The position numbers and the translations under genes are program-made. A stretch of 64,000 bases of DNA from Dehalococcoidia bacterium (GTDB lineage: Bacteria; Chloroflexota; Dehalococcoidia; UBA2979), in contig JBJKVL010000008.1 in NCBI GenBank assembly GCA_045562675.1, forward strand, positions 67,775 to 131,774, written 5' to 3'. Under the pieces are notes generated by a model that saw only the letters and a program-made list of their open reading frames with translations, made no database searches and was not told where the DNA came from. Shown piece after piece: positions 20,300 through 29,349 of the stretch; position 1 is the stretch's first letter; every line of letters starts with the position of its first letter.

Positions 20300-20983
20300 T
20301 TACTTATTTACTTCCCATTTATTTTTATGAATAATCTCTAAATCTGCAACCCATTCTTTTTGTGTAATACCAAGAGGGTAAATGAAATGAGCTAAATTAT
20401 CTTTTGTAAACACCGTGATCCAACTTGCATGGCTCACAGCATAATTCTCTGAATTCGTACTTTCTTTTTCAAGAACAGCGGCTGGAATTTTTAGAGCATT
20501 TTGAAATGCAGTCAAATTTTTTTCATTGCCTGTGACACCAATAAAATCTTGATGAAACTGTTGAGTCCATGATGATATTTTTTCTTTATCCCGTTCTGGG
20601 TCTGCCGATACAAATATGATTTTAGTATCTCGTTGCATATTTACGGGCAAATTATTGTAAGCACCTGCCAGAACACTGAGATGCATTGGGCAAATATCTG
20701 GACAACTTGCGTAACCAACAGCTAATAACACTACTTGATTCTTGGTGTCTTTTTCAAGCATAAAAGTCTTACCATCACTTGTTTGAAGTGCAACATTATT
20801 TTTTTCTATGGGGCTTGGAAGCAATCTGCCTTGAAGATTATGATTTTTTTGCTCCATCTTACCAAATGACTTAACATTGTCATTACTACTACAGCCTATT
20901 ACAGGCAAAGTGATAGCTAATATTGCTAATGAAATGAGTGCTTTATTCAATATTCTTGTTCCAGAAACATTAAATTGATTCAT
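20300..20983 (-). CDS. sco: SCO1/SenC copper chaperone (thioredoxin fold), lipoprotein
   Basis: Lipobox LPVIGCSS. Copper-binding CPDICP (CxxxC) plus a downstream His. The start overlaps the htpG stop by 14 nt. Confidence 0.8.
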   Translation of the reverse strand: MNQFNVSGTRILNKALISLAILAITLPVIGCSSNDNVKSFGKMEQKNHNLQGRLLPSPIEKNNVALQTSDGKTFMLEKDTKNQVVLLAVGYASCPDICPMHLSVLAGAYNNLPVNMQRDTKIIFVSADPERDKEKISSWTQQFHQDFIGVTGNEKNLTAFQNALKIPAAVLEKESTNSENYAVSHASWITVFTKDNLAHFIYPLGITQKEWVADLEIIHKNKWEVNK

Positions 20984-22817
20984 TCATCAACCGCACTATT
21001 CTTTTGGAGAAATTACTTGTATCAGAGATTTTTTCTCCTTCTAAAATCTTTGCTTGGTCGAGAAGCAAATAAGCAATATTATCTAATTCTTTTTTTTGCT
21101 TGCTTGTTTTTGCCAATAGTTTTTTTTGCATTTTGACTATTAGTTCATGTTCAGGATTTATTTCTAAGACCCTTTTAAACTCTTGGGTTAATTGACCGCG
21201 CTCTCTTAACATATTTGCAAGATTGATATCTATATCCCCTTCATCAGAAATAATGCAAGCTGGACTATCTGATAGTCGTGATGAAATTCGAACATCTTTT
21301 ACTTCATCACTTAATTTTTCTTTCAACCATTGCAATAAACCATCTAATTCTTTTTGACTATTCTCATCGGATGTTTTTTTATTTTCTTTAAGTTCTAAAT
21401 CTCCATGTGTAATTGATTTGAAAGGCTTTTCTTCAAATTGATTGACGATGGGCATCCAGACTTCATCCACTGGATCAGTAATTAACAATACATTCATTTT
21501 TTGTGATTTAAGTGCTTCTAGGTGCGGACTATTTTTCAACTCTTCAACATTTTGACCTGATAGATAGTATATATATTTCTGATTTTTAGGCATATTTAGA
21601 ATATATTCATCAAGCGTAATGAATTCTTCATTATTTATTGACGCGAACTTTGAAATCTTTAATATTTTGTCTCGCTGATCGCTATCTGTATAAATTCCTT
21701 CCTTCAAAACAGAGCCAAAATGTTTCCAGAAAATGTTATATTTTTCTTTGTCTTTTTCAGCTATTTTTGTTAATTCTTTAAGTATCTGATTAACAACTCT
21801 CTTATTAATACGATCAATCATCGGATTAAATTGTAAGGTTTCTCTGCTAACATTCAAAGGCAAATCTTCAGAGTCAATAATTCCATGTACAAAACGCAGG
21901 TATTGAGGAAGCAATTCATCTACTTGATCTGAAATAAATACTCTTTTTACATAAAGCTTTATTTTATTTTTTGATTCAGGCATAAATAGATCAAAGGCAG
22001 GAGTAGATGGAATATACATAAGGCCAATATAGCTAAGCTGTCCCTCTGTTTGAAAATGACTTATATGTAATGGTTCATCGAATTGCCCAAATGTACTTTG
22101 ATAGAATTCAAAATATTGTTCTTGTTTGATAGTCCTTTTTTGTCTTGCCCATAAGGCCATTCCTGTATTAAGTTGTTCATTTTCTCCATCGTTATTAAAA
22201 AGTATTGGCAAATTTAAATGGTCTGAATATTTTTTAATAATTGGTTTTAAGTTTTCAACTTTTGTGTATTCTTGCGATTGATCATCTAGTTCTATAACAA
22301 TTCTTGTGCCTCTAGATGGCCCATCTGATGTTGGGCTTATGCTGAATTTTTCTGTTCCAGCAGAAGACCACAGCCAACTTGTTTTTGTGCCAGCCTTAGT
22401 ACTGTAAACATCAACTTTTTTTGCAACCATGAATACAGAATAGAATCCTACGCCAAACTGACCTATTAAATTACTGTTGTCTTTATTTTCAGATAATTGC
22501 TCGATAAATTTTGCTGTACCCGATCTTGCAATAGTGCCTAGATTATCAACTAATTCTTTTTTGCTCATCCCAATGCCGTTGTCTTCAACAGTCAATTGTG
22601 ATTTTTTTTGATCTATGGAAATTTTAACACTCAGATCAGAGCTATCTTCAATTAACGAATCGTTAGTTAGATTTGCATATCGTAGTTTATCACATGCATC
22701 AGAGGCATTAGAAATTATCTCTCTTAAAAAAATTTGCTTATCTTTATATAAAGAATGGGTGACTAGATGTAAAAGCTTGCCAACTTCAGCCTGGAAAGAT
22801 AAATTTTCTTTTACCAT
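20970..22817 (-). CDS. htpG: Molecular chaperone HtpG (Hsp90)
   Basis: 615 aa. FLREIISNASDACDKLRY, GQFGVGFYS. Confidence 0.95.
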   Translation of the reverse strand: MVKENLSFQAEVGKLLHLVTHSLYKDKQIFLREIISNASDACDKLRYANLTNDSLIEDSSDLSVKISIDQKKSQLTVEDNGIGMSKKELVDNLGTIARSGTAKFIEQLSENKDNSNLIGQFGVGFYSVFMVAKKVDVYSTKAGTKTSWLWSSAGTEKFSISPTSDGPSRGTRIVIELDDQSQEYTKVENLKPIIKKYSDHLNLPILFNNDGENEQLNTGMALWARQKRTIKQEQYFEFYQSTFGQFDEPLHISHFQTEGQLSYIGLMYIPSTPAFDLFMPESKNKIKLYVKRVFISDQVDELLPQYLRFVHGIIDSEDLPLNVSRETLQFNPMIDRINKRVVNQILKELTKIAEKDKEKYNIFWKHFGSVLKEGIYTDSDQRDKILKISKFASINNEEFITLDEYILNMPKNQKYIYYLSGQNVEELKNSPHLEALKSQKMNVLLITDPVDEVWMPIVNQFEEKPFKSITHGDLELKENKKTSDENSQKELDGLLQWLKEKLSDEVKDVRISSRLSDSPACIISDEGDIDINLANMLRERGQLTQEFKRVLEINPEHELIVKMQKKLLAKTSKQKKELDNIAYLLLDQAKILEGEKISDTSNFSKRIVRLMNESI

Positions 22818-22830
22818 AATTTTCCCTTAC

Positions 22831-22876
22831 AATTGATCTCACGAGCAACCTGAGGAATATGCTCGCGAGATCAATT
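22831..22876 (-). promoter_or_regulatory. 17-bp-stem inverted repeat (12-nt loop) between the rhodanese stop and the htpG start
   Basis: AATTGATCTCACGAGCA (22831-22847) / TGCTCGCGAGATCAATT (22860-22876). The single imperfection is A.C on the plus strand but G.U on the minus (coding-strand) transcript. No U-run follows. The repeat ends 13 nt before the htpG ATG at 22817 on the minus strand. Confidence 0.4.
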
Positions 22877-22884
22877 ATATGGGC

Positions 22885-23844
22885 CTAATTTTGAATAGGC
22901 AAGTCCGATCGATTACCCCATTCAATCCATGAGCCATCATAGACTTTGACGTTTTCATATCCTAATAGTTCAGAAAGCACAAACCAAGTGTGTGTTGCTC
23001 TAACAGCTGTTTGACATAAAGTAAATATTGTTTGGTCCTTATCAAATCCAGCATCACTGTAAATTTTGCTCAGTTCATCATAAGAGAGAAATTCGCCATC
23101 TGCATTTGCATTAGAAACCCAGTTAACATTTTTAGAACCTTCAATGTGTCCACCACGCTCAGCTCGGACATCACGTCCAGCATATTCTTCAGGAGAACGA
23201 GTGTCACAAACAAGCTTCTCTGTATCACCAATTGACTCGAGTACTTCTTCATAACCAGCAATTAAATTAGTATTCGGATCACCTTTAAATTTGTAATCTG
23301 TACCAATAACAGTTGGTATTTCTGTGGAAGTGGGTAATCCTTTATTGTCCCATAATGACCAGGCACCATCTAAAAGTGCTGTTTTTTCATGTCCATATAC
23401 TTCTAATGCCCAGAGCCCTCGTGATGCCCACAAACTTTTTATACCATCATATATAACAATTTCTGAATCAGCGGAAGCACCTATACTTGATAATACTAAT
23501 TCGACATGTTCTTTAGGAGGCAGCATTCCTGCAACGCCTCTGTTATCTTCCTGTTGAAAGGCTGTTTTTGGATTTACATGGATCGCCCCTGGAATGTGAC
23601 CTGCAATATAATCTTCTTCAGAACGTACGTCAATTAAAATAAGCTTTTCATTTTCTAATTTGCCATTTAACCAGTCAGCAGAAACAAGATGTTCGGTTGA
23701 CTTATATCCTCTATCAGAAAAATCCGCCTTATTTTTACTAGCAACATCATCGTTGGAGCAGCCAATAAAGGTTGCCACACAAAAAATTAATGCAATCAGA
23801 TAAAAGTACATATTTTTTTTAATCAAACTAGATATTAAATACAT
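22885..23844 (-). CDS. Tandem-rhodanese sulfurtransferase (thiosulfate/3-mercaptopyruvate type), lipoprotein
   Basis: Lipobox TFIGCSND. Two rhodanese domains. Active-site loop CQTAVRATH in the C-terminal domain. Confidence 0.85.
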   Translation of the reverse strand: MYLISSLIKKNMYFYLIALIFCVATFIGCSNDDVASKNKADFSDRGYKSTEHLVSADWLNGKLENEKLILIDVRSEEDYIAGHIPGAIHVNPKTAFQQEDNRGVAGMLPPKEHVELVLSSIGASADSEIVIYDGIKSLWASRGLWALEVYGHEKTALLDGAWSLWDNKGLPTSTEIPTVIGTDYKFKGDPNTNLIAGYEEVLESIGDTEKLVCDTRSPEEYAGRDVRAERGGHIEGSKNVNWVSNANADGEFLSYDELSKIYSDAGFDKDQTIFTLCQTAVRATHTWFVLSELLGYENVKVYDGSWIEWGNRSDLPIQN

Positions 23845-23866
23845 AATTCATTTTCTCCTTATAATT

Positions 23867-24493
23867 TTATATTTTAGTTAATCTCAAGTAAGGCTTTTTT
23901 TCATTCCAGCCTTGTGGAAATTTTGTTTTTGCTTCTTCATTAGATAATGTTGGCAATATTACAACTTCATCGCCATGATTCCAGTCTGCAGGAGTGGCAA
24001 CTTGGTTGTAACTTGTGAGTTGCAATGAGTCTATGACTCTTAATATTTCATTAAAACTTCTTCCAGCTGAAGGAGGATAAGTAAGTGTTAGTCGAATTTT
24101 TTTATTTGGATCAATGACATAAACAGAGCGTACTGTTAATTTATCGTCAATTTTATCATGAATCATATCATATAATTCAGCAACTTCTTTCTTTGAATCT
24201 GCAATAATTGGAAAGTCAACTTTTGTATTTTGGGTTTCTTCAATGTCTTTGATCCAGTCTTCATGAGAAATAATTTTATCAACACTTAATCCGATTGTCT
24301 TCACATTTCTTTTTTCAAATTCACTACTTAAATTAGCTACTGCACCGAGTTCTGTTGTACATACTGGTGTGAAATTTGCAGGGTGGGAAAATAAAACTCC
24401 CCAAGATTCTCCAAGCCATTCGTAAAAATCAATAGAGCCTAGAGTAGTCTCTGCATTAAAGTTTGGTGCATCGGAACCTAAATGTAATGTCAT
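23867..24493 (-). CDS. 1-Cys peroxiredoxin (Prx6 type)
   Basis: FSHPANFTPVCTTELG. 208 aa. No resolving Cys motif. Confidence 0.9.
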   Translation of the reverse strand: MTLHLGSDAPNFNAETTLGSIDFYEWLGESWGVLFSHPANFTPVCTTELGAVANLSSEFEKRNVKTIGLSVDKIISHEDWIKDIEETQNTKVDFPIIADSKKEVAELYDMIHDKIDDKLTVRSVYVIDPNKKIRLTLTYPPSAGRSFNEILRVIDSLQLTSYNQVATPADWNHGDEVVILPTLSNEEAKTKFPQGWNEKKPYLRLTKI

Positions 24494-24496
24494 TTT

Positions 24497-24736
24497 TTAT
24501 CCTTCTTTTACTTTTGTCAAAGTGATGGTCCATTCACCTTTATTTGACTCATTAATTTCACATGCAAATCCCCTCTTAATTCCTTCAGGTGGAATAGTAG
24601 ATAATGCAGGAGGGTGATCTGTTATAACTTCAAGTAAATCTATTTGTTCATCAGAATTATCTAAAACATCATTTGTTTTGATCATTGGGTAAGGGCAAAT
24701 TTCACCTCTTACATCTAAAGATTGCTTATTTGTCAT
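24497..24736 (-). CDS. tusA: TusA-family sulfur carrier protein
   Basis: 79 aa. LDVRGEICPYPMIK (CPxP active site). Its stop lies 3 nt upstream of the prx start. Confidence 0.8.
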   Translation of the reverse strand: MTNKQSLDVRGEICPYPMIKTNDVLDNSDEQIDLLEVITDHPPALSTIPPEGIKRGFACEINESNKGEWTITLTKVKEG

Positions 24737-24779
24737 ATTTTACTCCAGCAAAAAATATAATTATTATTATTGACTTAAT

Positions 24780-24807
24780 TGATAAATAAAGTCAAGTATA
24801 TATAATT
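24780..24807 (+). promoter_or_regulatory. Candidate sigma-70-type promoter (TTGATA-16 nt-TATAAT) for the heme A synthase gene
   Basis: Near-consensus hexamers at 24780-24785 and 24802-24807 in the divergent tusA/ctaA intergenic region. Consensus match only. Confidence 0.35.
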
Positions 24808-24856
24808 TTTATTTATTAATTCCATTATAATATTCTGTTGTATCGTAAAAAGTAAT

Positions 24857-25807
24857 TTGAATAGTGTGTTAGTTATGAAAAATATTTCTTCTTTTTATTT
24901 TTCGATTTTAGTTATTACTTTTACTTTATTTAATGTGGCTCTTGGAGCAATTGTACGTGCAACTGGTTCAGGTGCTGGCTGTGGTATTTCATGGCCTTCC
25001 TGTAATGGAGAGTTATTAATCTCAGGTCAAAATGAATCTGAACTCATTGAATATATGCATAGATTGACTAGTGGTTTCAATTTAATATTAGTTTTTTTAC
25101 TTTTATATATTGTTTACAAATATTTTCGTGCAAATACTAACGCATTGAATTTTGCAATTGCTTCTGCCTTATTTATAATTTTAGAAGCTATTATTGGAGC
25201 AATCATAGTTATCTTTCAATGGGTTGCAGAAGATGCATCAATAGCACGAGCAATCATAGTTCCTTTTCATCTAATCAATACTTTTTTCTTAATGTTTTTT
25301 TTAGTTGGAGTTCCTTGGTCATTAAAACAACAAGATAAATTAACCTTAAATTGGAAAAGCTTATTTGCTAATAAATACTGGAAACAATTTTTTATTGGTA
25401 TTTTCTTTTTCTTTCTACTTAGTATTTCTGGTGCAACAAGTGCTTTGGCTGATTCATTGTTCAGTCTAGGTGATTTAAAATCTGAATTGATAGCAGATTT
25501 TTCGTCACGTTCGCATTTATTAACTAGATTACGTATATTGCACCCAATCATAGCAATTATTACAGCAGGTTATTTAGTTTTTTATGCAAGAGAAATTATA
25601 ATTAAGGTTAGTGCTTCAAATATGAATCAGCTCCTTTTTAAAATTTTATGCTGTTTATTTGTACTTGAATTTATAATTGGTATATTTAATGTAGTTCTTT
25701 TAACTCCAATTTTATTTCAAATTATACATTTATTATTTGCTCATTTTGTTTGGATCACTTTGACGATTTTTATATTTGAAGGATTAAAAACTCGAGGAAT
25801 AGAATAG
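24857..25807 (+). CDS. ctaA: Heme A synthase (COX15/CtaA family)
   Basis: 8-TM-type profile. N-terminal loop GSGAGCGISWPSCNG (Cys pair of Bacillus-type CtaA) and conserved His residues in TM helices. Alternative ATG start at 24875. Confidence 0.75.
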   Translation: MNSVLVMKNISSFYFSILVITFTLFNVALGAIVRATGSGAGCGISWPSCNGELLISGQNESELIEYMHRLTSGFNLILVFLLLYIVYKYFRANTNALNFAIASALFIILEAIIGAIIVIFQWVAEDASIARAIIVPFHLINTFFLMFFLVGVPWSLKQQDKLTLNWKSLFANKYWKQFFIGIFFFFLLSISGATSALADSLFSLGDLKSELIADFSSRSHLLTRLRILHPIIAIITAGYLVFYAREIIIKVSASNMNQLLFKILCCLFVLEFIIGIFNVVLLTPILFQIIHLLFAHFVWITLTIFIFEGLKTRGIE

Positions 25808-25820
25808 CGCGTTTATGTTG

Positions 25821-26045
25821 CTATTTTTTTTCTACTAATATTTCCCAAACATTATCTACTGGAGGAGCAAAACTACATTGCATTCCAGACTGTGCTGCAA
25901 GTGGAACAATAAATTTTACAATGGTTTCATGTTCAGTTAAAAATAGATATTTAAAGGTATTTTTTTCGCTATTTAGTAAATCTTGTACTTTCTGAATTTG
26001 TGTCGGAACTTCCAGTGATTTGAGATTAATTTTTTCAGTTTTCAT
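25821..26045 (-). CDS. YeeD/TusA-like small protein lacking the active-site cysteine
   Basis: 74 aa, SD AGAGGA, starts 10 nt after the yeeE stop (the YeeD position). It aligns along its length to the TusA paralog at 24497-24736, but EICPYP is replaced by LEVPTQ. Confidence 0.5.
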   Translation of the reverse strand: MKTEKINLKSLEVPTQIQKVQDLLNSEKNTFKYLFLTEHETIVKFIVPLAAQSGMQCSFAPPVDNVWEILVEKK

Positions 26046-26055
26046 TTTCCTCTAC

Positions 26056-27303
26056 TTACATAAGGCGCGTAATTATTTTGGAGCCTATGAATGCACCTAT
26101 AAATAATGCAAAAGCAAAAACCCAGCCACTTATTGCTAAAGAAGGGATAGATGAAAAGAAAGCACCGATCGTACATCCAATAGCTAAACCTGCACCATAG
26201 CCCATAAAAATACCCCCAAAAAATGATTGCATGTACCTTCTAATGGATTTAGAAATTCTTAATTTAAATTCATCAGCAAAAAATGCCCCTGAAAATGAAC
26301 CAACTATAATACCAGCATTTAGAAAAAAATGATTATGTGCAAAGAAGTTACCCTTTACCATGTCTGGTAAGGCACATCCCCCCATTTCAGCAATACCTTT
26401 TAGTGATGGAGTGACAACTCCAAACATTTCACCAATCGTTGCTCCCCATCGAGAAATTTCGCCCACAACTCCTAAAGGGCTAAATCTAATAAAAACAAAA
26501 ATATTAATAATACTTAAAACAATTGCACCGATTGCAGGGCTCCATCCATTTTTAAAAATTGCCTTGTATGCAGGTAATAAGCTATGTATTATACCTGTCT
26601 CAGAATCTTCTTTTTTCTGTTTGTCACTATCCATAATTGGAATATTAAATTTTGGTACAGAGGATTCTATCTTTAAGATTCCTAAATAACAAATTGCTAG
26701 CATAACTAAACTCAATAATATTGCAAAGGTATAACCAATCTCGTTTGGCAACCAAGATAATGGATCGTTTTTTATCGAAAGATCCCACCACCAGTTCCAT
26801 GAATGATTTAATAACATAGTGCCAATAATAATACCAATCATTGCAACCCAAGAAGTTAAATAGCCTTCTCCCATTCTATACAAGGATCCTGAGACACATC
26901 CGCCAGCGACAACCATTCCAATACCAAAAAGGATGCCTCCAATTAAAGTTGCTATACCAACAGGGAGAATATTGGCATCAGTCGGAATGCTCAAACCGTT
27001 AGGTGAGGGATAAATTGTTGACATAATCATTGAAAATCCTATAATTGCAACAACAAGACCAAGAATTATTCCTTTCATTGTTGCGCCTTGTTTCATTAAA
27101 AAAAGATCTCGAAAGCCTGAAGCAAAACAAAGCCTACTTCGCTGTAGAGTAAATCCAACAGAGAGACCAATAATCCAAAAAACTTGGAACGTATTGCCTA
27201 AATTATTTGCAAGAACAAAAATTATACATAGTGAAAAGAATAGCAACCCAATTTTTTTATTTTTGCTTGATGTTAAATTTAATTGCGTAATATCTGCGAC
27301 CAC
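26056..27303 (-). CDS. yeeE: YeeE/YedE family sulfur-compound (thiosulfate) transporter
   Basis: 415 aa polytopic protein. Three conserved Cys-containing half-helix motifs: RLCFASGFRD, GGCVSGSLYR, AIGCTIGAF. Confidence 0.8.
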   Translation of the reverse strand: MVADITQLNLTSSKNKKIGLLFFSLCIIFVLANNLGNTFQVFWIIGLSVGFTLQRSRLCFASGFRDLFLMKQGATMKGIILGLVVAIIGFSMIMSTIYPSPNGLSIPTDANILPVGIATLIGGILFGIGMVVAGGCVSGSLYRMGEGYLTSWVAMIGIIIGTMLLNHSWNWWWDLSIKNDPLSWLPNEIGYTFAILLSLVMLAICYLGILKIESSVPKFNIPIMDSDKQKKEDSETGIIHSLLPAYKAIFKNGWSPAIGAIVLSIINIFVFIRFSPLGVVGEISRWGATIGEMFGVVTPSLKGIAEMGGCALPDMVKGNFFAHNHFFLNAGIIVGSFSGAFFADEFKLRISKSIRRYMQSFFGGIFMGYGAGLAIGCTIGAFFSSIPSLAISGWVFAFALFIGAFIGSKIITRLM

Positions 27304-27316
27304 AGAAAAACCTTAA

Positions 27317-27997
27317 CTATTTTTTTAATATCCACATTATAATGACTGGAATTAAAAAAGCAATGAACAATATTCCAAATACTACAAATGCTAGAAATGG
27401 ATTAGTAAGTAATGAATCTCCAACAAAAACCAATGCGGTAATTGGAATAAACATTCCTAGGAAGGTTGCTACATTAAATTTCAATGCGTTCATAGATGTA
27501 AGACCAGCGCAATAACTCACTAAATCAAAACTAAATGTTGGAATAAAGCGAATAATAATTATTGTTAAAAAACCAAAATTATCACTAAATTTATCAAACT
27601 GTGCCAAGTTTTTTTTTGAAGTTAATTTTTCAACTGCTGGGCGGCCCCACTTTCGTGCAATTAGAAATGCACAAAATGCACCTATTTGTGCACCAATCAG
27701 TGAATAAATAGTACCTAATAAAGTACCAAAAGTTATGCCAGCAACAATTCCTAATGGTGTTGATGGTATTGGCGAAATAATAATAGCTAAAACTACAAGT
27801 AGAATGTATGCTATTGGAGCATACTGGCCATAGCCATTGACCCAATCCTTAATATTTTCAACATCAAAATCAAAATAGTACGAAAGTATATAATTAAACA
27901 GCCCCGAAAATATAATGCCTATGATGCAAAACACTATTATCAATTTAATGATGTCGGCAGATAAAATGTCACTTAGTTGGGAAAAAATTTTTTGCAT
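27317..27997 (-). CDS. TVP38/TMEM64 (DedA-superfamily, SNARE-associated) membrane protein
   Basis: 226 aa. SPIPSTPLGIVAGITFG re-entrant motif. Lies 13 nt upstream of yeeE on the same strand. Confidence 0.75.
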   Translation of the reverse strand: MQKIFSQLSDILSADIIKLIIVFCIIGIIFSGLFNYILSYYFDFDVENIKDWVNGYGQYAPIAYILLVVLAIIISPIPSTPLGIVAGITFGTLLGTIYSLIGAQIGAFCAFLIARKWGRPAVEKLTSKKNLAQFDKFSDNFGFLTIIIIRFIPTFSFDLVSYCAGLTSMNALKFNVATFLGMFIPITALVFVGDSLLTNPFLAFVVFGILFIAFLIPVIIMWILKK

Positions 27998-28059
27998 TGT
28001 TATTACTCAATTTAAGTTTATAAATTTCATGCTAACTAATCAAATAAAAATTACCTCAC

Positions 28060-28088
28060 TTGACTGAGCAAATATATTTTCATAGTAT
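28060..28088 (+). promoter_or_regulatory. Candidate promoter TTGACT-17 nt-TAGTAT upstream of the cobalamin riboswitch
   Basis: Hexamers at 28060-28065 and 28083-28088 with 17-nt spacing, placed just 5' of the riboswitch aptamer. Confidence 0.45.
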
Positions 28089-28092
28089 TGGT

Positions 28093-28232
28093 TTATTACT
28101 TTGATTAAAAGTCTGGGGAAGTTGGTGAGATTCCAACGCTGTCCCGCAACTGTAAGAGAAAATAATTTCTCAAGCCAGATTACCAGATTCTTTATCATCT
28201 AAATTGTTCGAAAACTGCGAGGACAGTATGCC
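28093..28232 (+). promoter_or_regulatory. Cobalamin (B12) riboswitch
   Basis: Conserved core GGGGAAGTTGGTGAGATTCCAACGCTGTCCCGCAACTGTAAG and B12-box-like AAGCCAGATTACC. Downstream GGACAG (28221-28226) is complementary to CTGTCC (28139-28144). Located in the 5' leader of btuF-like/btuC/btuD genes. Confidence 0.8.
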
Positions 28233-28315
28233 GAAAACACTACATTACTTTTCAATGATGTTTGGTTTTTATAGAAAACTGCTTACTAGTTCCTTGTTTA
28301 TTAAAGGAGTAGTAA

Positions 28316-29269
28316 GTGTTCAAAAAAATTGTTTATAAAAATTTCTTTTTTTTATTTATCAGTTTTTTCTTTATTTTAGGATGCGGAGATAACAATGTTG
28401 CATCTTCAAAAAATATAAATTCTAGTCAAAATAATGCTAATGTGGAATATTCCATATCATTTTCTGATCAAATGGGTGACAAAAATTTTAATGCAAGACC
28501 AACAAAAGTTGCATCGTTTTCACCAGAAATAACTGAAATCATTTATGAAATGGGGCATGGAGGCAAATTGGTTGCTGTCGATAGTAATTCCAATTATCCT
28601 TCATCGACTGATAAGCTTCCAAAGCTTGGTTTCATGAATATTAATACTGAATCGATTGTACAGTATGAACCAGATCTCATTATATTGACCGCTGGTTTTG
28701 AGGATATTGCAAAAAGGTTAGAGTCATTAAATTATCAAGTTGCTTTTATAGATGCACCAAAAGATTTAAATGGGCTATGGAATAATATAAACATTTTAGG
28801 AAAAATTTTTGAATCCGAAGACGTAGCTGAAAACCTAATCTCTTCTTTGCAGGAAAAATTTGATAATGCAGTGAACTTAGTAAGCAACATAAAAGAACAA
28901 GAAAAACAAACTGTTTTCCTTGAAATTGATCCTACTTTATACACTGTTAGTGGTAATTCATTAATTGGACATTTATTAGATTTAGCAAATGTTATTAATA
29001 TTGCAAAAGATGTTGAAGGTGGTTATCCGCAAGTTTCTTTAGAATTTATTATTGATAAAAATCCTTCAATTATTTTATTAAATGATACTCAGTATGGAAA
29101 CTCAATTCAAGATACTCTTAATCGCGATGGTTGGAGTAATATTGAAGCTATCAAGTCAAAAAAAGTTTTTGCACTAGAATCAGATTGGGTCAGTCGTGCT
29201 GGGCCTAGAACTATTAAAGGCTTAGAACAAATTATTGATCTAGTTTATGGAGTAAAGATATTAGAATAA
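28316..29269 (+). CDS. btuF: ABC transporter periplasmic-type substrate-binding lipoprotein (BtuF / class 8 PBP, cobalamin or corrinoid)
   Basis: Lipobox FILGCGDN, GTG start with SD AAAGGAG. Class-8 binding-protein layout (VASFSPEITEII..., DLIIL, SRAGPR). Riboswitch upstream. Confidence 0.75.
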   Translation: MFKKIVYKNFFFLFISFFFILGCGDNNVASSKNINSSQNNANVEYSISFSDQMGDKNFNARPTKVASFSPEITEIIYEMGHGGKLVAVDSNSNYPSSTDKLPKLGFMNINTESIVQYEPDLIILTAGFEDIAKRLESLNYQVAFIDAPKDLNGLWNNINILGKIFESEDVAENLISSLQEKFDNAVNLVSNIKEQEKQTVFLEIDPTLYTVSGNSLIGHLLDLANVINIAKDVEGGYPQVSLEFIIDKNPSIILLNDTQYGNSIQDTLNRDGWSNIEAIKSKKVFALESDWVSRAGPRTIKGLEQIIDLVYGVKILE

Positions 29270-29349
29270 TTGAAAATCTGACTAAGAATCAGTCTTCGCA
29301 ACTTTATTTTTGGACTATCATACTAGGAATTACTTTATTCTTTGTTATT

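Noticed and set aside
22831-22876. Inverted repeat upstream of htpG as a CIRCE (HrcA) or HAIR (HspR) operator
   Set aside because: The sequence matches neither consensus (TTAGCACTC-N9-GAGTGCTAA or CTTGAGT-N7-ACTCAAG), and the arms are much longer. It is kept as an unclassified hairpin finding instead.
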